From positions 62,001-126,000 of IMG/VR virus record IMGVR_UViG_3300020477_001008: a stretch of 64,000 nucleotides of DNA; one strand, 5' to 3'. The position numbers and the translations under genes were made by a program. Under the pieces are notes generated by a model. It had not been told where the DNA came from. It saw only the letters and a list, made by a program, of their open reading frames with translations, and made no database searches. Positions 11,355-21,878 of this stretch are shown in pieces (the first letter of the stretch is position 1; each line of letters begins with the position of its first letter).

Positions 11355-11779
11355 TATAATGTTTCTTTCTCAAAATCTAATTGTAAGTTAATTCTTTTAT
11401 TGAACGGTATAGTGTTCATTGTAACATTTACAACTAGACCATTTTCAAATTCCTCAATTCTTGTAGACTCTAATTTTACTCTAGGGTCAGCATTAATAAT
11501 TCTTTTTGTGTCCTCTTCAATTTCTTCTTTAGTTGATTCGTCCATTGGCTCGTATAACATATCCCAAATGATTGAACCAAAATTTGGATTCATAACCCTT
11601 TCGCCTTTTCTAGTATAAAAGTGGTTAAGTAAATCCTGCTTGATAATATCCAAGTCATATAACTGGTTTGATTTTACACCCGCTACTGTGCTAAAGCCCT
11701 TATAAGTCGCACCTTTGGCGTTTGTGCCACTAAATGAGCTTACTTGTACATTTCCGCTATTTGAACTACTGTATGCCAT
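11354..11779 (-). CDS. Baseplate wedge subunit, gp25-like
   Basis: IKQDLLNHFYTRKGERVMNPNFGS..W..LYEP...DPRV is the GPW/gp25 signature. Confidence 0.9.
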   Translation of the reverse strand: MAYSSSNSGNVQVSSFSGTNAKGATYKGFSTVAGVKSNQLYDLDIIKQDLLNHFYTRKGERVMNPNFGSIIWDMLYEPMDESTKEEIEEDTKRIINADPRVKLESTRIEEFENGLVVNVTMNTIPFNKRINLQLDFEKETL

Positions 11780-11797
11780 AATCTACTTCTCTGTTAA

Positions 11798-11805
11798 TAT
11801 TTATA
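11798..11805 (-). promoter_or_regulatory. T4-type late promoter TATAAATA upstream of the gp25-gp6-wedge operon
   Basis: Exact TATAAATA on the minus strand, 18 nt upstream of the gp25 ATG; gp55 is encoded in the window. Confidence 0.65.
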
Positions 11806-11851
11806 GTGGTTTTTATATGCGTATATAATTACTTATCTAATCTAAAATAGT

Positions 11852-11880
11852 TGACCATATAAATATAGTTGTATATAATA
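11852..11880 (+). promoter_or_regulatory. sigma70-like promoter for the ClpP-like gene
   Basis: TTGACC-N17-TATAAT. Confidence 0.65.
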
Positions 11881-11907
11881 TCGTGCAACTAATGGGCAAA
11901 TAATAAT

Positions 11908-12468
11908 ATGAAAAAATATGAGAATTGGGGTGCTGATGACAGGATTGACGTTACCTTATTAGATAACGATGTCCACTATTTGTCAGGCGAAATCACAGAA
12001 GAAAATATAGCAAAAGCTATTAAGTGGATTCTATCGGCTAACCTAGCCAAAAAGCCCAAAAGAACCTTACAACTTTATGTTAACTCTACCGGTGGAGATC
12101 TTTACGAAACATTTGCCCTAATAGACGTAATGAAAAAAAGCTATCACGATATCTCCACTATTGGAGTTGGTGCTATAATGAGTGCCGCCTTTTTAATATT
12201 TGCAAGTGGAAAACAGGGTAAAAGATATATTGGTTGGAATACTGGAATAATGAACCACCAACATTCTGATACTATGGAATCCAAGATGCACGATATGAAA
12301 TCACAGATGGAAGAAAACCAAAACTGTGAAGATAGATGCTTTAAAATATTAAAAGAAGCAACTGGAATGACTTTAGCTAAAGTTAAAGCTAAATTAGATT
12401 CCCCAAGTGATCAATACTTTACGGCTAAACAGCTGATTGACTTACATATAGCAGATCATATATTATAA
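11908..12468 (+). CDS. clpP: ClpP-like protease subunit
   Basis: LYVNSTGG, GAIMSAA (catalytic Ser), IMNHQ (His), DQYFTA (Asp), ADHIL end. Confidence 0.85.
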   Translation: MKKYENWGADDRIDVTLLDNDVHYLSGEITEENIAKAIKWILSANLAKKPKRTLQLYVNSTGGDLYETFALIDVMKKSYHDISTIGVGAIMSAAFLIFASGKQGKRYIGWNTGIMNHQHSDTMESKMHDMKSQMEENQNCEDRCFKILKEATGMTLAKVKAKLDSPSDQYFTAKQLIDLHIADHIL

Positions 12469-12472
12469 TAGT

Positions 12473-12712
12473 ATGAGTTCGGATTTAAAAAACTTTGCTA
12501 ATGGAAAAGATCCGTGGCATATGGATAGAGACGTAGCAATAAAACTTCTCCAAGAAATAACTGAAAAATATAATAAGGATCTTGAGTTTGATTATTGGAC
12601 TGATCCATTAAATTCAGTTGATATTACACTCAAGCTAGTAGAAATCCAACAAGACATTCTTAAAAACCCAGAATCCTTCTGCAAAAAAGCTGGTATAAAA
12701 TTGGGCAAATAA
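12473..12712 (+). CDS. Hypothetical protein
   Basis: Directly follows clpP on the same strand; 79 aa. Confidence 0.6.
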   Translation: MSSDLKNFANGKDPWHMDRDVAIKLLQEITEKYNKDLEFDYWTDPLNSVDITLKLVEIQQDILKNPESFCKKAGIKLGK

Positions 12713-12818
12713 GATCATTTTCCTGGTTGACATATAACAACTTCTAGTATATTATGTTTATATTATGTTTAAAAATATAGCATATAAATTAGCTAATTTA
12801 ATCGGAGGTAACATTAAG

Positions 12819-13133
12819 ATGGCTAGAACTAAACAATACGTAGTATACACAAGAGAATTTGTAAAAGGCAACGTGAAAAACAAAGTAGGCGTTTTTCTTG
12901 ACGAAGCTAAAAACTCTCTTGATGCAAAAGGTAACGTAAACGGTGGTGTAATCAAGTACAAAAACTTGAAAATGAAAAGAACTACACCAACTACTAACTT
13001 GATTAATAAAGGTTATGATTTCTCAGTAAGAGTTATCGGAACTGGTAATTACCAAGTTGCAAAAGGAATGAAAAATTCTGTTATTGCTCTTTTACAAGAC
13101 AATGGCAAAACTCTAATTAACAAAGTTGCGTAA
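12819..13133 (+). CDS. Small basic hypothetical protein (probable start MARTKQ)
   Basis: GGAGG SD before ATG 12819; upstream TTGACA-N17-TATTAT from 12728; followed by a terminator. Confidence 0.7.
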   Translation: MARTKQYVVYTREFVKGNVKNKVGVFLDEAKNSLDAKGNVNGGVIKYKNLKMKRTTPTTNLINKGYDFSVRVIGTGNYQVAKGMKNSVIALLQDNGKTLINKVA

Positions 13134-13157
13134 TTAGACCTTAAACGTTACAATACT

Positions 13158-13187
13158 AAAGGGCGGGTTTTTACTCGCCCTTTTTTT
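13158..13187 (+). terminator. Rho-independent terminator
   Basis: AAAGGGCGGGT-TTTT-ACTCGCCC followed by a T-run. Confidence 0.8.
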
Positions 13188-13344
13188 ATGACTTATCAAC
13201 AAATTTTACCAAAATAATCGCTGTTTTACTACGTCAATCCAAATATGGGTAGTTAATAGGTTGATTTAATTGTAAATATACATTAATATATTATTAAGAT
13301 TAACATAACAGACGAATTGAAAACATTACGTAAAGGAGGAAGTT

Positions 13345-13578
13345 ATGGATATTGTTAGTAAAATTAAAACGTGGGCGGCCGCATTAGCAGAAGCCGGCGT
13401 GAGTTTAATTGCTTTAGGCATAGTGCTTGAAGTTTTATTTTCAGGTCAAGGAATTCCATTCTGGCCTAACATATCAGTAATAGGTAATGTACAAGGCATA
13501 CTTTCAGGCTTTAGTGATCAAGGATTACTAGGTTTAGTAGGTATCTGGATCTTGTATCATATCTACAACAGAAAATAA
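13345..13578 (+). CDS. Small two-helix membrane protein
   Basis: AAGGAGG SD; two hydrophobic segments and a basic C-terminus. Confidence 0.75.
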   Translation: MDIVSKIKTWAAALAEAGVSLIALGIVLEVLFSGQGIPFWPNISVIGNVQGILSGFSDQGLLGLVGIWILYHIYNRK

Positions 13579-13603
13579 TCAATATATAGATTAATTTAAA
13601 AGT

Positions 13604-13641
13604 AAGGGCGATGTCGCTTAACGGTTATATCGCCCTTTCTT
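13604..13641 (+). terminator. Hairpin / probable terminator
   Basis: AAGGGCGAT...ATCGCCCTT stem followed by TCTT. Confidence 0.6.
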
Positions 13642-13662
13642 GTAATAAGGAGAAAAACAACA

Positions 13663-13776
13663 ATGGATTTTTTTAAAAACAAATGGGTATGGGTTGGTGT
13701 AGCAGTTATTATTGTAATCGGCTTATATGCATCAGGTGTTTTTACACCAGCTGACGTGCCAGTAGACGCACAGTAA
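13663..13776 (+). CDS. 37-aa single-pass membrane peptide (not in ORF track)
   Basis: AAGGAG SD; MDFFKNKWVWVGVAVIIVIGLYASGVFTPADVPVDAQ*; bounded by hairpins on both sides. Confidence 0.7.
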   Translation: MDFFKNKWVWVGVAVIIVIGLYASGVFTPADVPVDAQ

Positions 13777-13803
13777 ATAGTAATTTAAATTTAAATTATA
13801 GAT

Positions 13804-13831
13804 AAAGGCGGCTTTCGGGTCGCCTTTTTTT
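13804..13831 (+). terminator. Rho-independent terminator
   Basis: AAAGGCGGCT-TTCG-GGTCGCC followed by a T-run. Confidence 0.8.
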
Positions 13832-13850
13832 GTGGCCATTAAATAGTAGT

Positions 13851-15056
13851 ATGAGCAGTAAAAAACCGTTGGTGTGCCAACTTGGTATGGCTGGAGTTAA
13901 TTTCAAACATAACAGAGTTGATCTTTGTTATAGGTCAACAAGTGGTACAACTAAAAAACATACAAGTATTGTAGATGCAATCAATGACGAAGAACTTTGT
14001 TCTCAAAGATTGCAATTGTTAAATGGTGACTGGCCAACAGCTTGTTATGATTGTGAGTATATGGAAAAATCTGGTGCTAACAGTTATAGGCAAAGAATAA
14101 AGCTCGATGAACAAAAACCAGATAGTTATTTTACAGATAATATAGATCCCAAAACAGGTAAAATTAAAAATCTTAAAAGAATAGAATTTAGATTTGATAA
14201 TGTTTGCAACTATGCTTGTAGGCATTGTTCAGCAGAATATAGTTCAACTTTAGAAAAAATTATAAAACAAAATCCAGATTTATTAGAGTTTGACGAAACA
14301 GATTTACATAAATTAGGACCAAGTTATGCTACTAGATTAGAAAATTTAAATGAAATAGAACAATTTATAAAAGATGATACAATTGAAATAGAAATTACAG
14401 GTGGAGAACCTTTTTTCCAAAATAGCTTTTATAATTGTTTAGAAAAACTTCAACCATTTGCTGACCGTATAAATTTTATTGTAACAACAAATGGAAGTAT
14501 AGCAGGTAAGTTTAAAAAATATGATGTTAAAGGATTACTTAAAAATTTCAAAGAAGTATATCTAAAAGTCAGTTTAGATGGATCAAAATCTTTTTATAAT
14601 TATTTTAGAGAAGGTGGCAATTGGGATACAGTAATAGCAAATATAAAATCTTTTAGAGAACTACCAAATGTTAGGATAGGTCCAATAGTAACTATATCTA
14701 ATATGCAGGCGGCTAGATTACCTGAAGTATATAAAGATTATTTTGAACTTGATCCTAATCCAAGAAACTTTGAAGCTGGGGAAGTTATTCATCCTAATAT
14801 GTTAAATCCTGTGCATTTACCAAATGCACTTAAACAACGATACCTTAAAGAATGGTTAGAGTTTAGGAATAGTTTAACTGATACAGAACACGCAGATCGT
14901 ATAGCCAATTTTGCAGTTCATATGTTTAAAACAGAACAACGTGATGAACTTGCTTGGAAACAATTTTGTTCTTATACAGATAAACTAGATAGAGTTCATA
15001 ACAAAAAAGTTTTTGATTATTTTCCTGAATGGGAAGAATTTTGGTATAAGTCTTAA
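13851..15056 (+). CDS. Radical SAM protein with an extra N-terminal Cys cluster (twitch/SPASM-like)
   Basis: CNYACRHC (CxxxCxxC), TGGEPF, TTNGS, VSLDG; N-terminal C..C..CxxC; probable start ATG 13851, 5 nt after TAAATA. Confidence 0.85.
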   Translation: MSSKKPLVCQLGMAGVNFKHNRVDLCYRSTSGTTKKHTSIVDAINDEELCSQRLQLLNGDWPTACYDCEYMEKSGANSYRQRIKLDEQKPDSYFTDNIDPKTGKIKNLKRIEFRFDNVCNYACRHCSAEYSSTLEKIIKQNPDLLEFDETDLHKLGPSYATRLENLNEIEQFIKDDTIEIEITGGEPFFQNSFYNCLEKLQPFADRINFIVTTNGSIAGKFKKYDVKGLLKNFKEVYLKVSLDGSKSFYNYFREGGNWDTVIANIKSFRELPNVRIGPIVTISNMQAARLPEVYKDYFELDPNPRNFEAGEVIHPNMLNPVHLPNALKQRYLKEWLEFRNSLTDTEHADRIANFAVHMFKTEQRDELAWKQFCSYTDKLDRVHNKKVFDYFPEWEEFWYKS

Positions 15057-16951
15057 ACTGATGTACCGTCTTTAAAATTTTTAAAAGTGTTAATTTTTTT
15101 AATTGTTTTTTTAGCTGTAGTTACAATTGATTGAGGAGAATGTTTACTTAATAAGTCTTTAGCTTTTAAGTTTGGTAAGATAATATTTTTTTGTAAATCT
15201 TCATTAACAAACATCAAGTCGTCAAATGCTTTCTTTTTGTTTATATCAGTAAGATCTAAATTTGGAACAAGTTTATTATTTTTAGTTAATAATTCTTTAA
15301 TTTCATTAGTTACTTTTTTCATATTTTCACTTATACCAGCAACAGATTCATCAACTAATGATGTATATGTTTCTGTTAAATTACTTTGGTTGTTTACTTT
15401 TTCAGTTACAGATGCCATTTCATTTTCAGTTGCTACTTTTGTTTCTTTGTATGTACTTTCAGCTTCTGCTATTTGTGTTTCTGTAATACTCTCATCAACA
15501 ACAGTAGCATTTTCAATTGATTGTGATTCGTGTAATGGATATGGTTCTCTAGTTGGAAATCTTGTTAATATTGAACCAATTCTTGTTTCAGTTTTTCTTG
15601 GAGAATAAATTGGTGTTTCCGCAGTTCTTTCTTCAAGTATGTTAGTATAAAATAAAAATCCATCAACGTCTTTTTGTAGTTCCATAGCACTTACAGGTAG
15701 AGCTGTTCCTGCCGCCGGTCCGTTCATATGTATTTGTGATGCTGTTTCAAAGTGGCCAGCACCTGCTGTAATATTACTAGTGCCTACCGCAGTTAAATTA
15801 TGATTTACACCTGAATATATGTTTGTTGTTTGCGATGTACTTAAATCTGTTCCTTCTGTAGACACAACTTTAAATCTACCTGCTATATCAAAAAATACAT
15901 TACCAGATATATCTTCTAAGTCTACAGTTGATTTTGGTTGTGTTTCAGGAATAGCTGATTTAGTTGAGTGTGTTTTAATATTGATATGTCTTCCTGACTC
16001 AATGTTAATATCTCTATCAGCTCTAATATTAAAATCTTTTTCACTTCTCATAGCAATTGAATCTGCACCCCATATTTCAACTTTACCGTTTGCAGATAAT
16101 TCAACCCAAGCTGTACCATTTGTGTTTGTGACGTATACTGTACTAGTTTGGTCATCCATTAACACTTGGGCACCGCCGGCTGTTCTAAATCTCATATGAC
16201 TACCACCGGATTTGTCATCCATAATAAATTGGTGTCCACCTGGTGTTAAAATACCAAATACATTACTAGGTGATTCTCTTCTAGCACTAGCATCTGTTAA
16301 ACCTCTAATGTTATCATTTTCTAAACCTTGTACTAATAGTCTATCATAGAAAGGTGTGTGTGCCGGACGTCTAACGTTATCTGATGTACCTTTTGATAAA
16401 TGATCTGGCATTTTTGCTGTATCAAGCTTTTCAAAGATGTTCATATTTTGAGCTTCGGCTGAAGCTCTATTAATTTCTGCAACTGGAACTTTTGGTGTAT
16501 TTGGCGTAGCTGTTTTACCTTTAGCAATACCAGGTATCATATGATTAATACTTGGCTGGAAAACACAACCTAAACACACACCATTGTTTTCTTTACCATT
16601 AACAAAAGCTACTACAACAATATTTCCAACATCAGGTGGAATCATCCACATACCATAACTTCTCTGTGTTGCCGCATACATATTCTCATTATCAGCATCA
16701 TCACTTTTAATTAATGAAGTAGGGTTTGTAGCACCTGCAAAAGGAGAAGACCAAATTACTGTTCTCCAATTATTTGGATCTTGCTTATCAGATTGGCTAC
16801 CTTGTATAAAAACTCTTAATCTACCAAGTCTAGCATAGTCAACATTATCCATTACTTCTGCTAGTTGTATTGACGTTGTACCACCAGCTTTAGTATTAAG
16901 ACCAGCTGTGTTTCTAAAGTTTTTAACTGACGATTGGTTTTTACCTGCCAT
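15053..16951 (-). CDS. Baseplate central spike, gp5/VgrG-like (no lysozyme domain seen)
   Basis: OB-fold motif D..RLGRLRV..., SYGMWMIPPDVG..VVVAF; GHQFIMDD and beta-helix repeats; IHMNG. Confidence 0.8.
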   Translation of the reverse strand: MAGKNQSSVKNFRNTAGLNTKAGGTTSIQLAEVMDNVDYARLGRLRVFIQGSQSDKQDPNNWRTVIWSSPFAGATNPTSLIKSDDADNENMYAATQRSYGMWMIPPDVGNIVVVAFVNGKENNGVCLGCVFQPSINHMIPGIAKGKTATPNTPKVPVAEINRASAEAQNMNIFEKLDTAKMPDHLSKGTSDNVRRPAHTPFYDRLLVQGLENDNIRGLTDASARRESPSNVFGILTPGGHQFIMDDKSGGSHMRFRTAGGAQVLMDDQTSTVYVTNTNGTAWVELSANGKVEIWGADSIAMRSEKDFNIRADRDINIESGRHINIKTHSTKSAIPETQPKSTVDLEDISGNVFFDIAGRFKVVSTEGTDLSTSQTTNIYSGVNHNLTAVGTSNITAGAGHFETASQIHMNGPAAGTALPVSAMELQKDVDGFLFYTNILEERTAETPIYSPRKTETRIGSILTRFPTREPYPLHESQSIENATVVDESITETQIAEAESTYKETKVATENEMASVTEKVNNQSNLTETYTSLVDESVAGISENMKKVTNEIKELLTKNNKLVPNLDLTDINKKKAFDDLMFVNEDLQKNIILPNLKAKDLLSKHSPQSIVTTAKKTIKKINTFKNFKDGTSV

Positions 16952-16952
16952 A

Positions 16953-19865
16953 TTACTTTATTTCCTTTATAATTGAAAAATCATTTTGCATTTGATTGAA
17001 TAATTTTAGTTCTTCACCACTTTTAAGATCTGGTACATAAACAGCTTTTCCTTCTGTTTTTTCATCATCGTTTTTAACTTCTGAATTCTTATCTCTTTTT
17101 TCATTTATTATTTCAGCTTCACTTTTATTATCTTTAGATAACATAATTTCTTCAATATCTATATTGCCATCTCCATTTAAATCTTTATCTTTATGTATAT
17201 CTTTTAAACTGATTGCACCGTTATGGACTCCTCCTAAAACATTTGCGTCATACATTCTTTTAATATCTTCAAATGTATCAGGATTATCAAAATTGTGTAT
17301 ATCGTCTCTAATAAATTTTTGAGACCAGTCTACCATTTTTTCATCTTCTTTTAAAGATTCATAAGTTATAGTACCGTGAACGTCAGATGGATTCCACCAC
17401 ACTTGTTGTTTTTCTTTTACTGATTCTTTCATAGATTTTATTTTTTGATCCATTTTATCATCGTATGGTTTAGTTGGTGCAGTTTTTTCTTCATATTTGT
17501 ATTTGCCTGCGCCGGTAAATTCACTTGAATCATAACTTACTTGACCTTCATTAGTAGCTGTACTATCTTGCGGCTTTGCAATATCACCGTCAACTAGTAA
17601 AGATAAATCTGTAATTGCATCTCTAATCATATGTAGTGTTTGAGTAAACATTCCATTAGAAAATTTATGTTCAATTTTCCATACTCTATATACAGCAGTT
17701 AAAAATTCATTGTTTCTTTGTGCTAGTGTTTTTTGGTAACCAGTAGATGCATCTTTTTCACTTGGTATTAAAGAACAAAACAATACACAGTTTTCTTTTT
17801 TATAATCAGCCATATGAGGAAATTTTTCACCATCATCTTTATTTGAATAAGCTGGATGATCTAACCAATATGGGTCACCAATAATATCCATTGTTACTCT
17901 AACCATTTCTGCAGAACCAACTTTAGCATTTCGTAAAAGTGTATTAAACCCAGAACCGTCAGCTGACGATACTCCTATCATACCTTCATTAGTTGGATCA
18001 ACATATCTTTCATAAAATTGTGTTGGAAATTGTGTTCCACCTTGATCTTCTTTTAGTGCTTCTTCATATAATTCATCTTTAAGATTTTCTGCTAATATAT
18101 TTTGTGCACCAAGTTTAGATACATTTTTATTTTTTGATTGAGGTAATCCCCAGCCGTACCGTGGATGATATGTATATGTGTCTAAAGCATTTAGTTTTGG
18201 TGATTTTTTAGGATTTAGAATAGGATGATAATGGTCAGCTTCTTGACCTCCTAGTTCTTCGTATTGCTTATATGTTTGATTGTAGTCTTCGACTAAGGCG
18301 TTATATGCCTCTAGTGTATTATTGTCAGGTTCTATTGTACCACTATCAAACATCTCTCTTATATTTTGTAGATTTCTTTGTTGCATTACCTTGATCCAAT
18401 ATTTTTCACCAACTGATAATTTTTCAGCATCTTCACTATCACTACTAGTTGCTTTTAAAAATTCTTTAGTTCCATCGCTGGAATTTTCTTTTACTTTATT
18501 AATAAGTTCTTGGCTTGTATTAGCTGTATTAATAACAGTTTCAAAAGCTTCTGAATACTTGTTAAACAAACCAACCATTGTGTCTAAACCATAAACATAT
18601 TGATAGTTGTAATTAATATTAAAGTTAAGTACATCTAAATTCATACCAGTATTGAAATAATCATATCTCTTAACTAATATTTTTCTATCAATCATACTTT
18701 TAACACGTTTTTCGGTATATGCTTTTTTCTTATCAAATTCTTTTCTAACAGCCGCCGTTACTGATATCATTGGCATAACTGTTATTGTGTAAATAAATTT
18801 TCTTGCATAATCTCTTCGAAGAGAATCATAATTAAGTAATTCATTATGCGTAGATATTGTAAACAAATATTTTTCAATTTTTAATTTTTCAATTTCTTTT
18901 TTTGCCCACGTCATATCCATCATTTGGTCTCTAGTTGCTTGTATTAATTTCTGCATTACTTTATTACGAGACATAAATCTTTCTAGTACTTCTTTAATGG
19001 TTGTGTTTCTTTCAATCTCAGCAAACATCTTACCTTCAAAATCTAGTGTTCTACTATCTTTTTTATCATCAGCGGCAATTTCTGAGTCATTAATTTTGCT
19101 CACTGGTGCTTCTGTATGTTCTAATGAATCTATTCTAAATACATATTGATCTAATATTGCTTTAGTTGAACCAAGTTTGTGTCTTTCTTGTTTATTAACT
19201 TCTTTTTGAAAAGAATCTAGAAAGTCTCCCATTGTGTCAATATTTTCTAATGTAGTTTTTTGTACTAATTGGTGATCATCTGCATTGTTTAAATCACCAG
19301 CTCTAATTCCTTCAATTTGGTAATTTGCAGATCCAACATCAACTTGATAGACAATATTTTTAATATAAACACAATATAATCTTCTAGTATTTGGTATTTC
19401 AACTTCTAGTTCTCCGTCTGCTTTTCTTCCTTTTAAAATTACTTGTAAAAAGAAAGGATGTGAATAATGATTTTTAATTCCTAATACTGCCGCGGCTTTG
19501 TAAATGTTTTCAATTAAACTAACACCTAATGGTTGTACAACACTCATTCTCCATTTTGTTGAAAATCCTGTGTCAGTTACTTTGTTAGGAGATGTAATAC
19601 CTTCAATATATAAATCTGTCATTGTTGTAATAGTTGACGCTGATTCAATTAAAGTTACTACTCCACCTTTAAACATTTTAGAGTTAATTGAATTTATATC
19701 AGGTGCATTTGCAAGTTTACGTTCAGCTCTCTGCCAATTAGCTGTGTCTGTAGTGTTAGCTAAATGCAAAGAAACATCATATGATATTCTTTCATAATCG
19801 TGTACGGGATTTTCTTTAAAAACATCACGTTCGATAACGTTCCAAAGTTTTAAACTGTCAGCCAT
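16953..19865 (-). CDS. Baseplate hub protein (gp27-like position)
   Basis: Between gp53-like and gp5-like genes; IIGDPYWL and Y.V..IEHKFSNGMFTQTL motifs typical of hub proteins. Confidence 0.6.
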   Translation of the reverse strand: MADSLKLWNVIERDVFKENPVHDYERISYDVSLHLANTTDTANWQRAERKLANAPDINSINSKMFKGGVVTLIESASTITTMTDLYIEGITSPNKVTDTGFSTKWRMSVVQPLGVSLIENIYKAAAVLGIKNHYSHPFFLQVILKGRKADGELEVEIPNTRRLYCVYIKNIVYQVDVGSANYQIEGIRAGDLNNADDHQLVQKTTLENIDTMGDFLDSFQKEVNKQERHKLGSTKAILDQYVFRIDSLEHTEAPVSKINDSEIAADDKKDSRTLDFEGKMFAEIERNTTIKEVLERFMSRNKVMQKLIQATRDQMMDMTWAKKEIEKLKIEKYLFTISTHNELLNYDSLRRDYARKFIYTITVMPMISVTAAVRKEFDKKKAYTEKRVKSMIDRKILVKRYDYFNTGMNLDVLNFNINYNYQYVYGLDTMVGLFNKYSEAFETVINTANTSQELINKVKENSSDGTKEFLKATSSDSEDAEKLSVGEKYWIKVMQQRNLQNIREMFDSGTIEPDNNTLEAYNALVEDYNQTYKQYEELGGQEADHYHPILNPKKSPKLNALDTYTYHPRYGWGLPQSKNKNVSKLGAQNILAENLKDELYEEALKEDQGGTQFPTQFYERYVDPTNEGMIGVSSADGSGFNTLLRNAKVGSAEMVRVTMDIIGDPYWLDHPAYSNKDDGEKFPHMADYKKENCVLFCSLIPSEKDASTGYQKTLAQRNNEFLTAVYRVWKIEHKFSNGMFTQTLHMIRDAITDLSLLVDGDIAKPQDSTATNEGQVSYDSSEFTGAGKYKYEEKTAPTKPYDDKMDQKIKSMKESVKEKQQVWWNPSDVHGTITYESLKEDEKMVDWSQKFIRDDIHNFDNPDTFEDIKRMYDANVLGGVHNGAISLKDIHKDKDLNGDGNIDIEEIMLSKDNKSEAEIINEKRDKNSEVKNDDEKTEGKAVYVPDLKSGEELKLFNQMQNDFSIIKEIK

Positions 19866-19866
19866 C

Positions 19867-20157
19867 TTATTGTATTAAACTTGCTACAGATGATTTTTGT
19901 GGAATTCTTATAACTTTTCCAGCACGAAAATCATTTATAGGATCTTGTATCAAGTTCATATTCCTTTTTGTAAATATCCACCACAATCTTGTACTGCCGT
20001 ATATTGCATTTGCTAATAAATCTGGTCTTCGATCGTATTTGTTTTCAATTGTATAGTACTCATCATTTTCAGATGCAGGTATATTAGGTAAACTTAAAAG
20101 ATCCCTGTAGTCACCAACTAGTGGTGTTCTAAAATATGGTGAACTTTTTCCAGCCAT
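19867..20157 (-). CDS. Baseplate wedge protein gp53-like (LysM-like)
   Basis: YDRRPDLLANAIYGSTRLWWIF..RN..IQDPI.DF.AG. Confidence 0.8.
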   Translation of the reverse strand: MAGKSSPYFRTPLVGDYRDLLSLPNIPASENDEYYTIENKYDRRPDLLANAIYGSTRLWWIFTKRNMNLIQDPINDFRAGKVIRIPQKSSVASLIQ

Positions 20158-20924
20158 TAAATTATTCCTTCATCTGTATCGTTAATATATTGTCCGCTTT
20201 TAAATTTTTCCAAATTAAATTCGTCACGCATTTTACTAGGAGTAGGTGCATAAACTAATTCCATAAACATCGCCAATACTGCTGGAACATAACTTTGTCC
20301 AATTTGAGCTTCTAAATTAGCGGCAGGTGTTGAATCTACATTTGGAGACGTCCCTGCAAATCCATCATTAGCATCAGCTTCTTTACTAGTGTACATTCCG
20401 TACCCAGTTTCTGAATCTATTTGATTATCTGGTTCAGCTTCACAGCTGATATAATCTACATCTTGGTCTAAACCAAAACTTACGTTTCTAATAAGCATAG
20501 GAACTCTGTCATACATATAAGGACCATAAGCACTAAACAATAATGTTGGTGGATTAATACCTCTTAAATCCCCATTTTGTCTACCATAATAGTTCATTGT
20601 AACTGCTCTTAAAAAATGTAGAACAGCTAACATATATCTTGCCTCTGCTTGGTTTTGTGCTGTAAACGTTGCTGTTACTGATAACATTGGTGAATTTCTT
20701 TTACTAAATGCAAAGTAATCAAAGTTAGTTTGTGGTAATGAATATTGCGAATATTCAACTGATGTATGAGTTACTTGAATTGCCGGTGTATACGGCATTA
20801 TCATACCATTAGTAGTCCACAAAGGAGCAATAACATTAGTGAACGGATTCTTTGGACCATATATACGGTCTTTCGCTCCGGGCTTTGCTTGTATACGTGC
20901 TCTGAAATCTTTTCTTACTGTCAT
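20157..20924 (-). CDS. Baseplate/tail-tube initiator, gp48/gp54-like
   Basis: MPYTPAI, PPTLLFSAYG.YMYDRVP motifs; first gene of a baseplate operon with TATAAATA at 20930-20937. Confidence 0.55.
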   Translation of the reverse strand: MTVRKDFRARIQAKPGAKDRIYGPKNPFTNVIAPLWTTNGMIMPYTPAIQVTHTSVEYSQYSLPQTNFDYFAFSKRNSPMLSVTATFTAQNQAEARYMLAVLHFLRAVTMNYYGRQNGDLRGINPPTLLFSAYGPYMYDRVPMLIRNVSFGLDQDVDYISCEAEPDNQIDSETGYGMYTSKEADANDGFAGTSPNVDSTPAANLEAQIGQSYVPAVLAMFMELVYAPTPSKMRDEFNLEKFKSGQYINDTDEGII

Positions 20925-21008
20925 ATTAATATTTATAGTGATAATTATATATAGTTTTATTTAATAAAGAGGTTGACCATTTTGCCAAAAATCCGTATAT
21001 AATATTAT

Positions 21009-21878
21009 ATGAAGCGAGTAAATTATCTAAATAATAAAGACATATTAAAAGAAATCCATAAAAGCAAAGGAAGTTACTGCTATTATGTAGATCCAAAGTA
21101 CTCAGCTTACGACTTTATTTTAGTTGATCCTATAGAAAAAATGAATAAAACCAAGCTTTTACAAGCTAGAAGAAACAGGGCAGATAGGCTTACTAAATTA
21201 AAAGCAGAAGAGCTTGGTTTATCTCGAGGAAAAGTATCAGAAGTACAAGTTAAGTTAAAAGAAGTATTACCCGAAGACGTTGTTGTTAGAGCTTACACTT
21301 ACGATCATATTCCAGATGAACCTGATAGAAAAGCTAAACCAAAAACAGTAGCAGATACCAAAGTAAAATTAAATTTTATTCCTTTTAAACATTATATTTT
21401 AAAAGATGATGTATGGACTGAAGTAGGAAGAAGTCATTGGGTTAATGGATTAGAGAATGGTCATTTTAGTTTAGAACACGGAAAAATGACAAACAAGTTA
21501 GCATTGATGTTTATGAAACTTTGTGAAAGATATGGATCAAGAGGTAACTGGCGTGGTTATACCTATAATGATGAAATGAGATCACAAGCTCTTTTACAAT
21601 TAAGTCAAATTGGATTACAGTTTGATGAATCAAAATCAGAAAATCCATTTGCATATTATACAGCGGCAATTACCAATTCCTTTACAAGAATTTTAAATGT
21701 GGAAAAGAAACATCAATCATTAAGAGATGATATTTTACAAGCTCACGGACAAACACCTTCCTTTACTAGACAAATGGAAAATGAATCAAAAGCAATGGGC
21801 GAAGAACCTATGATTCCACCAGCCATAAAACGTGGTTGGGGCGCCAAGAAATTTGTTGACAAAAAAGCAAAAAAGTAA
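21009..21878 (+). CDS. Late-transcription sigma factor, T4 gp55-like
   Basis: NYLNNKD, NWRGYTYNDEM, FDESKSENPFAYYT...NSF.RIL..EKK; lies upstream of gp47/gp46 as in T4-like phages. Confidence 0.85.
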   Translation: MKRVNYLNNKDILKEIHKSKGSYCYYVDPKYSAYDFILVDPIEKMNKTKLLQARRNRADRLTKLKAEELGLSRGKVSEVQVKLKEVLPEDVVVRAYTYDHIPDEPDRKAKPKTVADTKVKLNFIPFKHYILKDDVWTEVGRSHWVNGLENGHFSLEHGKMTNKLALMFMKLCERYGSRGNWRGYTYNDEMRSQALLQLSQIGLQFDESKSENPFAYYTAAITNSFTRILNVEKKHQSLRDDILQAHGQTPSFTRQMENESKAMGEEPMIPPAIKRGWGAKKFVDKKAKK

